DNA of 32,000 bases, from contig JACASX010000009.1 in NCBI GenBank assembly GCA_013390745.1, positions 1 to 32,000 of the forward strand, read 5' to 3'. Every line of letters begins with the position of its first letter. Positions within the stretch are counted from its first letter, which is position 1. The notes under the pieces are model-generated. The model was not told the origin of the DNA. It made no database searches and worked only from the letters and a program-made list of their open reading frames with translations. The stretch comes from Marine Group I thaumarchaeote (lineage in GTDB: Archaea > Thermoproteota > Nitrososphaeria > Nitrososphaerales > Nitrosopumilaceae). Both the position numbers and the translations under genes were made by a program. Positions 1-8,155 of the stretch are shown piece after piece.

Positions 1-337
1 TAAAATCACCAATGTTAGATATAGAACGACCAAATGCATCATATGGTTCTATATCACCATGAAAGTTTCCTTGAGTTGACGAAATTTTTTGGTGGGATTT
101 TACAGTTCCATCAGAATTTAAGAATAGAATGTATACTGCACCAGTATTATAACCACCATCATGATCATATGGAGAGCCAACAGCAATATCATTAATTCCG
201 TCCCTATTCAAATCACCAATTGAAGCAATTGTGTATCCAAAAACAACCTTTTCTTGTAGAATTAATTTATCTTCACTTTGCGCATTAGCTATTGGAATGA
301 ATATTAACAAAAGGATCAAAATTACTAGAATGTTCAT
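1..337 (-). CDS. Secreted FG-GAP (integrin-alpha-like) repeat protein; N-terminal part only, the gene runs off the window start
   Basis: ATG at 337-335 on the minus strand, open to position 1. It is absent from the ORF track because it is truncated. My translation is MNILVILILLLIFIPIANAQSEDKL...GYTIASIGDLNRDGINDIAVGSPYDHDGGYNTGAVYILF...FGRSISNIGDF. That gives a signal peptide followed by DxNxDGxxD / GAVY strings typical of FG-GAP repeats. Confidence 0.6.
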   Translation of the reverse strand, partial: MNILVILILLLIFIPIANAQSEDKLILQEKVVFGYTIASIGDLNRDGINDIAVGSPYDHDGGYNTGAVYILFLNSDGTVKSHQKISSTQGNFHGDIEPYDAFGRSISNIGDF

Positions 338-410
338 AGAAACAAGCCTTAAAACATCTTAATAATAATTATTCATAATTAATAGTAGAATTTATTAAAA
401 ATTATGAATT

Positions 411-1769
411 ATGAATTCCACGAACCGCCCAAATGTAATATTTTTACTAATTGATGGATTAAGAAAAGATGAAATATTTGATGAGAATAAAACATCAAAA
501 ACACCAAATTTTGATTCTTTAATTAAATCTGGCTCATTTTTTTCAAATGCATTTTCATCTGCCGATGGTACAATTCTTGCATTAAACACAATCTTCAATT
601 CCCTGTTTCCTTTTAATACTGGTGTAAGAGAAAGGAGAATAGTTCTTACAGATAATAATATTTTTAATATTTTTCAAAAAAATAAGTATCATATTTTTGG
701 ACTTGTGCCAGACATGGAAATTTATGAGCCAATCAAAAAGAAGTTTGAAAATAAATTAAATTCGTATGATTGGATTAATGGAAATGAATCACTTGCAACA
801 GGATTAACAAAAAAAATTATAAATATTTTACAATCTAATAATTCCGAACCGTGGATTTCTTATTTTCATATTTTAGATTTACATCCTTTAAGGGAAGGAA
901 AAATTCCTAATGGCATTGAAGAGTTTGAAAGTTCAGATTTCGGCTCAAGTAATTATTCTAAAACAGTATCTAGTATAGATTATTGGTTTGGAAAAATCTT
1001 AGAGTGTGTAGATTTGTCTAATACAATTATTATTTTAACATCAGATCATGGCGAAAAAATCCCGTACAAAGGAAGAACAAACTCAGATATGGAACACCGA
1101 TTGGACAGGACTAAAAAAATTGGAAAAAGCGTTTTGCCAAAAAAAACTCACGAAAAAGCTGGTAAAATGTTATCTAAAATAAGAACTTCAATTAGTAAAC
1201 CTAAAATAATAATAGAAAACCAAGAACTAACAAATTATCAAAAGCGTTCACGGACTCCTTACTTTACACTTTCATTACATGATGAAAATTTACATGTACC
1301 AATACTAATTGTGGGTAAGGGGATTTCACAATACTTGATAAAAAATTTTGTAAGACATGTAGATATTTTACCTACTTTGTGTGATATACTACATTTTGAA
1401 TTGCCTCAAAAAATTAATGGTGTAAGTTTCAAGCCATTACTTGAGCAAAAACAAATCCAGGAAAATATACAATATTTACATACAATGCCTTATGAAAAAC
1501 CTCATCAAGATGATGCGGTAGGAATAAGAACTAACAAATACAAATATTTTCGTTCAGTTCAAAATCCAAATAAAAACGTCCATTTGTATAATTTACAAAA
1601 AGATCCTCATGAAAACCACAATATTTCAGAGAATAATCAGAATGTTGTAAAAGAATTAGAAGAGGAATTATCAAGATTAATTAAAAATCCAATTACGTTT
1701 AATGAAGAGATGTCAGATGAGGATGATAAAAAAATTGAAGAAGAATTGAAAAAAATGGGATATTTATAA
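411..1769 (+). CDS. Alkaline-phosphatase-superfamily (sulfatase-fold) enzyme, cytoplasmic, Thr at the nucleophile position; predicted phospho/phosphono-ester transferase or esterase rather than a sulfatase
   Basis: N-terminal NVIFLLIDGLR metal-binding Asp string and LTSDHGE near the C-terminal part of the core. SSADGTILALNTIFNSLFPFNTG aligns by spacing to the sulfatase C-x-P-x-R...LTGxYP..TG block, with Thr replacing Cys/Ser and no P-x-R. No signal peptide. A 2-nt gap to the next gene indicates an operon. Confidence 0.75.
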   Translation: MNSTNRPNVIFLLIDGLRKDEIFDENKTSKTPNFDSLIKSGSFFSNAFSSADGTILALNTIFNSLFPFNTGVRERRIVLTDNNIFNIFQKNKYHIFGLVPDMEIYEPIKKKFENKLNSYDWINGNESLATGLTKKIINILQSNNSEPWISYFHILDLHPLREGKIPNGIEEFESSDFGSSNYSKTVSSIDYWFGKILECVDLSNTIIILTSDHGEKIPYKGRTNSDMEHRLDRTKKIGKSVLPKKTHEKAGKMLSKIRTSISKPKIIIENQELTNYQKRSRTPYFTLSLHDENLHVPILIVGKGISQYLIKNFVRHVDILPTLCDILHFELPQKINGVSFKPLLEQKQIQENIQYLHTMPYEKPHQDDAVGIRTNKYKYFRSVQNPNKNVHLYNLQKDPHENHNISENNQNVVKELEEELSRLIKNPITFNEEMSDEDDKKIEEELKKMGYL

Positions 1770-1771
1770 TT

Positions 1772-2887
1772 ATGAAAGATTTGAATTTAATATTAATACT
1801 GATAGATTCTGGTCGGCAAGATTATATGATTAAGTCAGAAATGATTGAAAGACTTAGATCAAAATTTTCATTTTTTACAAATGTAATAACATATGCACCG
1901 CATACAATTGCTTCAATGCATGCAATTTTTAGTGGTTGTTATGGAAATAGAACTGGAACGAATAGTTATTGGTCCACGTTTAAATTTAAAAAAAATAAAT
2001 TTAAAACTTTAACAGAATACCTTCATGAATTAGGATTTAAAACATATGCGGACGTACATAGCGATATTGTTTCTCCAAAACAAGGGTTTAATCAATTTAG
2101 AATTTATGATGAGGAAACAGTTGATATAACAACAAGACATTGTGATTTGTTAAATGAGGTTTCTAATGAAGGAGAAAAATTTTTTGTTTATTTACATTAT
2201 AGTAAAATTCATACAGGAATAAAAAATGAGGTTTTGAAAAAATATACCAATTTTAGTGAAGATTATTATAAAAATTTAAAATTAAACGAAAAGAGATATG
2301 AAAGATTATTTCATGAATCTGAAAATTATTTGAATAAAATTTTGGAAACAATTTGTTCATTAGAATTAGAAAAAAATTCTATCATACTAATTATGTCAGA
2401 TCATGGAATTAGTATAGGAGAAAAAATGGGTGAGATTGCATATGGTGCATTTTGTTATGATTATACACTCAAAACTTTCTCATTAATTAAATTTCCAGAA
2501 ATTACGCCAATTCAAATCAATCAACAAATTAGAAGTATAGACATGATGCCAACAATTCTTGATATTCTCGATATTCAAGTGGACAAACAGTTTGATGAAT
2601 TAGATGGGAAAACGTTGATGCCCTTAATATTAGGAAATAACATGGATGAGGAAATTGCATACTCAGAAACAGGTAATCCACTAAATGAAAAAAGACCTCC
2701 TAAGGAACCAAATACCATGTCGGTAAGAACTTCAAAATGGAAATTTATACACAATGCGCATAATAATACTAAAGAACTATATGATTTAGAAAATGATCCC
2801 TCTGAAACAAAAAATCTCTTTGGAACAAACTCGGATATTGAGAATTATTTGTGGGAAAAATTAGAAAACATAAGAAACAATTTTTAA
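1772..2887 (+). CDS. Second alkaline-phosphatase-superfamily (sulfatase-fold) enzyme, cytoplasmic, Thr nucleophile
   Basis: LILILIDSGRQD and IMSDHGISIGE. YAPHTIASMHAIFSGCYGNRTG puts Thr at the nucleophile position, with the same spacing as in the upstream paralog. The layout resembles the NPP-type T-x-x-x-H...G block. There is a 22-nt gap to the MpnS/HEPD gene on the same strand. Confidence 0.75.
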   Translation: MKDLNLILILIDSGRQDYMIKSEMIERLRSKFSFFTNVITYAPHTIASMHAIFSGCYGNRTGTNSYWSTFKFKKNKFKTLTEYLHELGFKTYADVHSDIVSPKQGFNQFRIYDEETVDITTRHCDLLNEVSNEGEKFFVYLHYSKIHTGIKNEVLKKYTNFSEDYYKNLKLNEKRYERLFHESENYLNKILETICSLELEKNSIILIMSDHGISIGEKMGEIAYGAFCYDYTLKTFSLIKFPEITPIQINQQIRSIDMMPTILDILDIQVDKQFDELDGKTLMPLILGNNMDEEIAYSETGNPLNEKRPPKEPNTMSVRTSKWKFIHNAHNNTKELYDLENDPSETKNLFGTNSDIENYLWEKLENIRNNF

Positions 2888-2909
2888 CGACATTTTTTCC
2901 TATTTCTTT

Positions 2910-4301
2910 ATGGTAATCGTTTCTAATACAAAAAACCCTGAATTTGTTAGATTTGGTAATTATTTTTTAGGTATGTTAAATGATCTTAAGCGTAGGCCTG
3001 AAGATGCTGCAAATGAATTGAATATTCCATTAAAAGAAATAATGGATATTATTGACGGTAAAAAAGAGATAACTATAGAAATTATTTCGCGTGCAGTAAA
3101 AATCTGGTCAGTAAATTACAGAGACTTTTTTTTGATACGTGATGATTGCCCTAATGGGATTAAAATTATGCGTAACGAGGACTCGGCAAAGAGTTCACGT
3201 GTAATGGATAGAGGTGGTTTGCCTTACTATGAATATAGAGATACTGTAATGAGTAGTGTTGCATTATTTCGTCCTGAGTGGATTGAAGAACTTTGTATTG
3301 TAGAAGATAACGATCCAAACAATCTTGCAGTACAATGGAATAACGGTCATTTCATGCATCAATTTACATATTTTATTGGAGATGTTAATTATTATTATCG
3401 TGGACCTGATGGTGAAAAAAAAGTTGCCATAATGAATACGGGTGATTCAGTATATGGTACTCCGTTTAGACCACATTCATTTGCTACCAGAAAGGGTGCT
3501 AAAAAAAATGGTCTGATTTTGGCATTAACCTATGGAAATCAACTAGCTGCTGACACTCAACAAGAATTATCTGCTATTGGTGAAGAATTATCATTACCAT
3601 ATTGGCTAGATTTCTCTAGTAGAAAAAATGCTTTTGCGCTTTTATTGAATTTTCATCGTAATTGTGCATCACTAAGCTTCGACGAGCTGGAAAAAAGAAC
3701 CAGTACTAGCAAAGAGAAATTAATTCAATATGAAAATTCTTCTGAAATTCCATCTTATGAGACAATTGTAAGTTTAGCAGCAGCTATGAATGTTAATGCC
3801 AGAGATCTGCTTCCAAATGATGTCATTGAGGATAAAGTTATCGTGCAATATTACAAGGATTCAGCAAAATGGAATTTCCCAGAAACGACTAAGGCATATG
3901 AAATTGTCGAACTTGCACACTCAAGAAATCTACCTTTTTCAAAAGCATTTGAATTTACAACTTTAAAAGAAAATGATTCAAATTCGTTGGAAGAATTAGA
4001 TTTGATGGTAGGACTTCATCAATATGTTTACAATGTTGGAGAAAGCACGATACGTCTAAATTGGAAAATTAACAATAAATCTAATCTTGAAGAACTCAAA
4101 CCAGGTGATTCTGTCTACATTAAACCAAACGTACTGCATAATTTTCGTAATAAGGGTAAATTAATGGTTCTTAGGATTGCTGGACGAGTTGCTGGTGATG
4201 CACAAAGAGAATTATCTTCATTAGACAAAAATGATGCACATAGAGCTATTTCTGAAGTATCAATGTGGTTCGATTCACATGAAAAAACTAACATAAAATA
4301 A
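2910..4301 (+). CDS. 2-hydroxyethylphosphonate-cleaving non-heme Fe oxygenase of the MpnS/HEPD family (methylphosphonate synthase or hydroxyethylphosphonate dioxygenase); product specificity unresolved
   Basis: 463 aa with two HTH-like plus cupin halves. His147-x3-Gln151...His189 has the 2-His-1-Gln spacing I recall for N. maritimus MPnS (H148/Q152/H190). Lys27, Arg101, Tyr107 and Asn144 also sit one residue off the remembered substrate-binding residues. The gene lies beside pepM-ppd-pdh. Confidence 0.8.
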   Translation: MVIVSNTKNPEFVRFGNYFLGMLNDLKRRPEDAANELNIPLKEIMDIIDGKKEITIEIISRAVKIWSVNYRDFFLIRDDCPNGIKIMRNEDSAKSSRVMDRGGLPYYEYRDTVMSSVALFRPEWIEELCIVEDNDPNNLAVQWNNGHFMHQFTYFIGDVNYYYRGPDGEKKVAIMNTGDSVYGTPFRPHSFATRKGAKKNGLILALTYGNQLAADTQQELSAIGEELSLPYWLDFSSRKNAFALLLNFHRNCASLSFDELEKRTSTSKEKLIQYENSSEIPSYETIVSLAAAMNVNARDLLPNDVIEDKVIVQYYKDSAKWNFPETTKAYEIVELAHSRNLPFSKAFEFTTLKENDSNSLEELDLMVGLHQYVYNVGESTIRLNWKINNKSNLEELKPGDSVYIKPNVLHNFRNKGKLMVLRIAGRVAGDAQRELSSLDKNDAHRAISEVSMWFDSHEKTNIK

Positions 4302-4305
4302 GAAG

Positions 4306-5055
4306 TTAATCAACTATTTTTTCTCTTATATTTTCTAAATCTTCAATGGTATCAATTTCAAACCAGACACCATCAACAAAAATAGGATTTACAACTTCAT
4401 TAACTTGAATTAATTCATCTATCATATCGGTGAGGTATGCCTTTTGTAATGAAGGTGCATTATGAAACTCTCCCTGATGGGAAGAATTTAATCTCTCAAA
4501 AATATTGAGAAATTTCTTTGAACCAACATTGTTTAGTTTTATTATTCCTAAAAATTCACCTAATTGATGATTTTCAGTAGGATTCAGATTTTTTTTAATT
4601 TTTATTAGTTTATTTGATTTAATTAATGCTAAATCTGCTTCTGATTTTGGGTGCTGAGTACGATTCTCATATTTTTTTTCCCAGTTTAGATCAATTGCAA
4701 CCCCAATGTCATAAGTTGATTCAATCACCTGTTTCATTATGTTGTTATCAACTATTACATCCCCAAATGAAATCACAACATCATTCTGAAAATGTTTGTT
4801 AGCTGCCATTAAACTTCCTAATTGTTCATGGTCATGAAATTTTTTATCAACAACATATTCAATATTTTTTAATTGAAATTTGTCTTTATTTGGACCAATA
4901 ATTACAATGATCTCTTTAATACCATTATTTCGAAATGTTTCAATTTGTCTTTCAAGAATTGATTTTCCATTTACATCAACTAGTGATTTCGGCAAATCTT
5001 TTGTTATATTTCCTAATCTTGAACCCTCTCCAGCTGAAATAAATATGGCTTTCAT
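4306..5055 (-). CDS. LicC/PntC-like nucleotidyltransferase (probable phosphonate cytidylyltransferase), last gene of the pepM operon
   Basis: N-terminal ISAGEGSRLGNITKDLPKSLVDVNGKSILERQI is a G-x-G-x-R-L NTP-transferase loop. The C-terminal FEIDTIEDLENI resembles the LicC end. There is a 4-nt gap after the ppd beta subunit gene. It is a 249-aa paralog of 21613..22362. Confidence 0.75.
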   Translation of the reverse strand: MKAIFISAGEGSRLGNITKDLPKSLVDVNGKSILERQIETFRNNGIKEIIVIIGPNKDKFQLKNIEYVVDKKFHDHEQLGSLMAANKHFQNDVVISFGDVIVDNNIMKQVIESTYDIGVAIDLNWEKKYENRTQHPKSEADLALIKSNKLIKIKKNLNPTENHQLGEFLGIIKLNNVGSKKFLNIFERLNSSHQGEFHNAPSLQKAYLTDMIDELIQVNEVVNPIFVDGVWFEIDTIEDLENIREKIVD

Positions 5056-5059
5056 ACTA

Positions 5060-5614
5060 TCATTTTTTTAATGAATTCATAAATCTATTTTTAATTTTAG
5101 TCGGCTCTATGTTTATTCGTTTACTGGTAACTCCACCTTTTTGAATTTTAACAATTACCATGATTGGACCAGGAATTGTTTTTATTTTTTGAAAAACATT
5201 TACCAGTTGATTTTTTGTTTTTACCTGAAAAACTCTGTAATTTGTTGATTTAGCAATTTTACCTAATTGAATTTTATTTGTTGCTGTAGGCTGTCCACCT
5301 GTTGATTCATGACTACTATTATCAAAAATTACATGAACAAGATTTTTTGGTTTTGCTGTTCCTATAGTAATTAATGAACCTAGATTCATCAAAATATTTC
5401 CATCTCCATCAAACACAAAAATTCGCTTTTTTGTATTTTTTAATGCAACACCTAAACCAATTGAGGATGCCAATCCCATAGAACCAATCATATAGAAATT
5501 CGAATTCCTATCACAAACTTCAAAAAGATCTCGACTAATGAGACCATTTGCAGATATTACAGGATGATCACCAATTTTTTTAACTACTATGCTAATCGCT
5601 TCTTTTCTAATCAA
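5060..5614 (-). CDS. ppd: Phosphonopyruvate decarboxylase, beta subunit (ThDP diphosphate-binding domain; ComE-like)
   Basis: GSMGLASSIGLG and FDGDGNILMNLGSL...FDNSSHESTGGQ form a ThDP GDG...N motif. It overlaps the alpha subunit gene by 8 nt and lies immediately downstream of pepM. Confidence 0.8.
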   Translation of the reverse strand: MIRKEAISIVVKKIGDHPVISANGLISRDLFEVCDRNSNFYMIGSMGLASSIGLGVALKNTKKRIFVFDGDGNILMNLGSLITIGTAKPKNLVHVIFDNSSHESTGGQPTATNKIQLGKIAKSTNYRVFQVKTKNQLVNVFQKIKTIPGPIMVIVKIQKGGVTSKRINIEPTKIKNRFMNSLKK

Positions 5615-6095
5615 GAAAATCTCTTTTCAAAATTAATGTGCATGGTTTTTTCTCTTTGATCAGTTTTAAGGCCCAATTACAAGATACCTTCCAATTTTTT
5701 TCAGTTAAAATTTTAGATTGCAAAGAAAGTGCTTGAAGCAATTTCGGTTGGATCTTTCCAATTTTAGTGTGCTCGGGGGCATCATTTTCTAGGAAACCTC
5801 TCCAACCAATTAAAAAAATTATTGGTATTTGATATAATTGTACTAAAGATGTAATTGTGCTTAAAGAATTTGCAAACCCCGCATTTTGCATAAATACTAA
5901 AGAATTACTTTGTGATAAACTCATTCCAACAGCAATTCCAATAGCTTCTTCTTCTTTAGTAGTAATAAGAATTTTATTTTTTTTAAATCCTTGATCGATA
6001 AAATGTTTCATTGTTGAATCAGGTACTCCAATAAAATTTTCAATTCCATTATTAAATAAATAATCAAAAATTTGTTTTTGCGTTAATTCTTTCAA
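5607..6095 (-). CDS. ppd: Phosphonopyruvate decarboxylase, alpha subunit (ThDP pyrimidine-binding domain; ComD-like)
   Basis: FIGVPDSTMKHF...TTKEEEAIGIAVGMSL...FMQNAGFANS is a typical ThDP N-terminal domain with a catalytic Glu. It has a 4-nt ATGA-type overlap with pepM. Confidence 0.8.
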   Translation of the reverse strand: MKELTQKQIFDYLFNNGIENFIGVPDSTMKHFIDQGFKKNKILITTKEEEAIGIAVGMSLSQSNSLVFMQNAGFANSLSTITSLVQLYQIPIIFLIGWRGFLENDAPEHTKIGKIQPKLLQALSLQSKILTEKNWKVSCNWALKLIKEKKPCTLILKRDFLD

Positions 6096-6988
6096 GAGAT
6101 GTAGCCTAATTTTCTTAATTTTTCTTCAATATCTTTTTCTTGGGATTTAATATCAAACATTTCTTGTAATTTAAAAATTTCATCCATCGAGGACATTTCG
6201 TTCTGTATCTTGTCCATATTATTAGCATCTTTCATTTTGGTTAACAGATTCGTTAGTGCCTTGTGTGCAGCACGTAATGTTTGATTTGCATAAATAACCA
6301 TTTTGATATTATGAGAAATTAATTCGTCCATCTTTACGGAATAATATGTTGTGGGTATCGCAACCAACGGAGAACTTCCTTTCCAGGATTCTGAAAATTC
6401 AAAAATTTCTTCAGGGGAAATTTTTTTCGAATGAATTAAAATTAAATCAGCACCTGCTTTTTCATATGCATAAGCTCTTTTGAGTGCTTCATCCATACCT
6501 ATCCCTGAAATTAATGCCTCTACACGAGCAATAATCGAGAATGACTTGTTTTGTTTAGCTTCATTGGCAGCTAATATTTTTGCAACAAAATCTTTTTCAG
6601 ATAATAATTGGTTATTACCATTTTTTAACAAACTATTTTGCTTTGGAAATGTTTTATCCTCAATACAAATTCCAGCAATTCCGGCATTTTCATATTTTTT
6701 GACAATATGTCTGACATTATTTGCATCTCCATATCCAGTATCACAATCTGCAATTATAGGTATTTGACAAGATTGAACCATATTCGATGCGGCATCAAAA
6801 AATTCAGTCATAGTTAGGATACTAGCATCGGGTACATTGTGAATTGCAGAAATCGCAAAGCTCCCAGCCCAAACAGCGTCAAAACCATGTGTTTCAACTA
6901 ATTTTGCAGACATTGCATCATAAGCGCCACAGACTTTAACAATTTCTTTTTTTTCTAATAAATTTACTAAATTATCTGATTGATTCAT
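6092..6988 (-). CDS. pepM: Phosphoenolpyruvate phosphomutase (PEP mutase)
   Basis: Isocitrate-lyase/PEP-mutase fold (IIADCDTGYGD). The PepM-discriminating E-D-K-x5-N-S motif is present as CIEDKTFPKQNS, residues 110-119, nt 6632-6661, checked codon by codon. ppd follows immediately downstream. Confidence 0.92.
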   Translation of the reverse strand: MNQSDNLVNLLEKKEIVKVCGAYDAMSAKLVETHGFDAVWAGSFAISAIHNVPDASILTMTEFFDAASNMVQSCQIPIIADCDTGYGDANNVRHIVKKYENAGIAGICIEDKTFPKQNSLLKNGNNQLLSEKDFVAKILAANEAKQNKSFSIIARVEALISGIGMDEALKRAYAYEKAGADLILIHSKKISPEEIFEFSESWKGSSPLVAIPTTYYSVKMDELISHNIKMVIYANQTLRAAHKALTNLLTKMKDANNMDKIQNEMSSMDEIFKLQEMFDIKSQEKDIEEKLRKLGYIS

Positions 6989-7009
6989 GAAAAAAATTAT
7001 AATTGTAAG

Positions 7010-7019
7010 TTATAAAAAA
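7010..7019. promoter_or_regulatory. TATA-like element (ttataaaaaa) in the 51-bp divergent pepM/pdh spacer, centred ~26 nt from both start codons
   Basis: The centre at ~7014 is 26 nt from the pepM start (6988) and 26 nt from the pdh start (7040). This fits archaeal TATA-to-TSS spacing if both mRNAs are leaderless. Confidence 0.3.
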
Positions 7020-7039
7020 CATCCCATCGATTATAATGT

Positions 7040-7972
7040 ATGAAGATTATAAAACAACCAAATAATATAAAATTTGGACTTGGGGCTGCAAAAGATTTTA
7101 GCTGTCCAGAAAAATCGTTAGTGATTACCTCAAAAGGGGCCAGTTCGAGGGGATGGTTAAATTATACAAATCTAGAAAAACAAAAATGCTTTCATGATGT
7201 TGAACCTAATCCATCATTAGATACAGCAAAAAAAATTATTTCGAATTTTAAAGATGCAAATATTGAGTGTGTAATAGGACTTGGAGGTGGAAGCTCGTTA
7301 GATGTTGCAAAGTTTGTGGGACATAAACTAGGAAAGAAAAAAATTCTAATTCCAACTACATTCGGGAGTGGAAGTGAAGTAACAAGAATTGCCGTTTTAA
7401 CGGTTAAAGGTAAAAAAACAAGCTTTCATGATGATGAAATGTTTGCAGATACTGCAATTGTCGATCCACATTTTATTAAAAATTCACCAATGGAAGTAAT
7501 AAAAAACTCAGCTGTTGATGCATGTGCACAATGTACAGAAGGATATGACAGTAAAAATGGAAATGAGTATACAAAATTTTTGTGTAATGCCGCATTTGAC
7601 ATATTGGAAGATGCAATATTAAACGAAAAATATGAAAATTTGCCCATGGGTTCATTAGTTACTGGATTAGGATTTGGAAACTGTTCAACAACATTAGGTC
7701 ATGCATTATCATATGTGTTTTCAAATGAAGGATACAGTCATGGTCATGCTTTATCATTTACAACATTAGCCGCTCATCAATTTAATTCATCAAAATTCAA
7801 AGAAAGATTCGAAAAAATAACTAAAAAATTAGAGTTTGAAAGAATTTATTTAAAACAAGATTTAATGATTGCAGCAAAATCAGTTTTCTCTGATAGAAGA
7901 CATTTAGATAATAATCCTAAAATTGTTTCTAAAGGTGATATTATAGATATTTTAAAGCAATTCAAAATCTGA
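7040..7972 (+). CDS. pdh: Iron-containing (group III) alcohol dehydrogenase, probable phosphonoacetaldehyde reductase producing 2-hydroxyethylphosphonate
   Basis: GLGGGSSLDVAKF and a His-rich metal site (LGHALSYVFSNEGYSHGHALS). The gene is divergent from pepM and supplies the reduction step needed between Ppd and MpnS/HEPD. It is short (310 aa) for the family. Confidence 0.7.
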   Translation: MKIIKQPNNIKFGLGAAKDFSCPEKSLVITSKGASSRGWLNYTNLEKQKCFHDVEPNPSLDTAKKIISNFKDANIECVIGLGGGSSLDVAKFVGHKLGKKKILIPTTFGSGSEVTRIAVLTVKGKKTSFHDDEMFADTAIVDPHFIKNSPMEVIKNSAVDACAQCTEGYDSKNGNEYTKFLCNAAFDILEDAILNEKYENLPMGSLVTGLGFGNCSTTLGHALSYVFSNEGYSHGHALSFTTLAAHQFNSSKFKERFEKITKKLEFERIYLKQDLMIAAKSVFSDRRHLDNNPKIVSKGDIIDILKQFKI

Positions 7973-8126
7973 AATTGATGAAATTTCTATGATTTGAATC
8001 AAAAAAGGAAAATATGGAAGTAACAATTATGCGTAAATATACTGTATAAATTTCAATTTTTGATATTTCTAGTATTAAAAATTTCAGTATTGCTTTTTAG
8101 AAAAGAAAAACATTTCATCAGCAGAA

Positions 8127-8135
8127 TTTATAAAA
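8127..8135 (+). promoter_or_regulatory. TATA-like element (tttataaaa) ~25 nt upstream of the 8156 start
   Basis: Position and composition only. Confidence 0.25.
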
Positions 8136-8155
8136 TTCTTTAATAAAGCGATGTT

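Noticed and set aside
404-417. The tandem atgaatt-atgaatt at the start of the first AP-fold gene, considered as a possible alternative start or slippery repeat.
   Set aside because: The upstream ATG (404) is in another frame and terminates after 16 codons. It looks like a chance repeat in AT-rich sequence.
411-2887. Annotating the two soluble AP-fold proteins as arylsulfatases.
   Set aside because: There is no C/S-x-P-x-R formylglycine motif, Thr sits at the aligned nucleophile position, and no signal peptide is present. Only the fold, not the sulfatase chemistry, is supported.
5060-6095. Calling the two ThDP subunits sulfopyruvate decarboxylase ComD/ComE (coenzyme M biosynthesis).
   Set aside because: The genes overlap pepM and each other in one operon. 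The remaining genes in the window fit phosphonate rather than coenzyme M metabolism. Phosphonopyruvate decarboxylase is the homologous activity that fits.
6092-6988. Methylisocitrate lyase, isocitrate lyase or carboxy-PEP mutase as the identity of the pepM-like ORF.
   Set aside because: The EDKx5NS string, reported to discriminate PepM from other family members, is intact, and ppd follows immediately.
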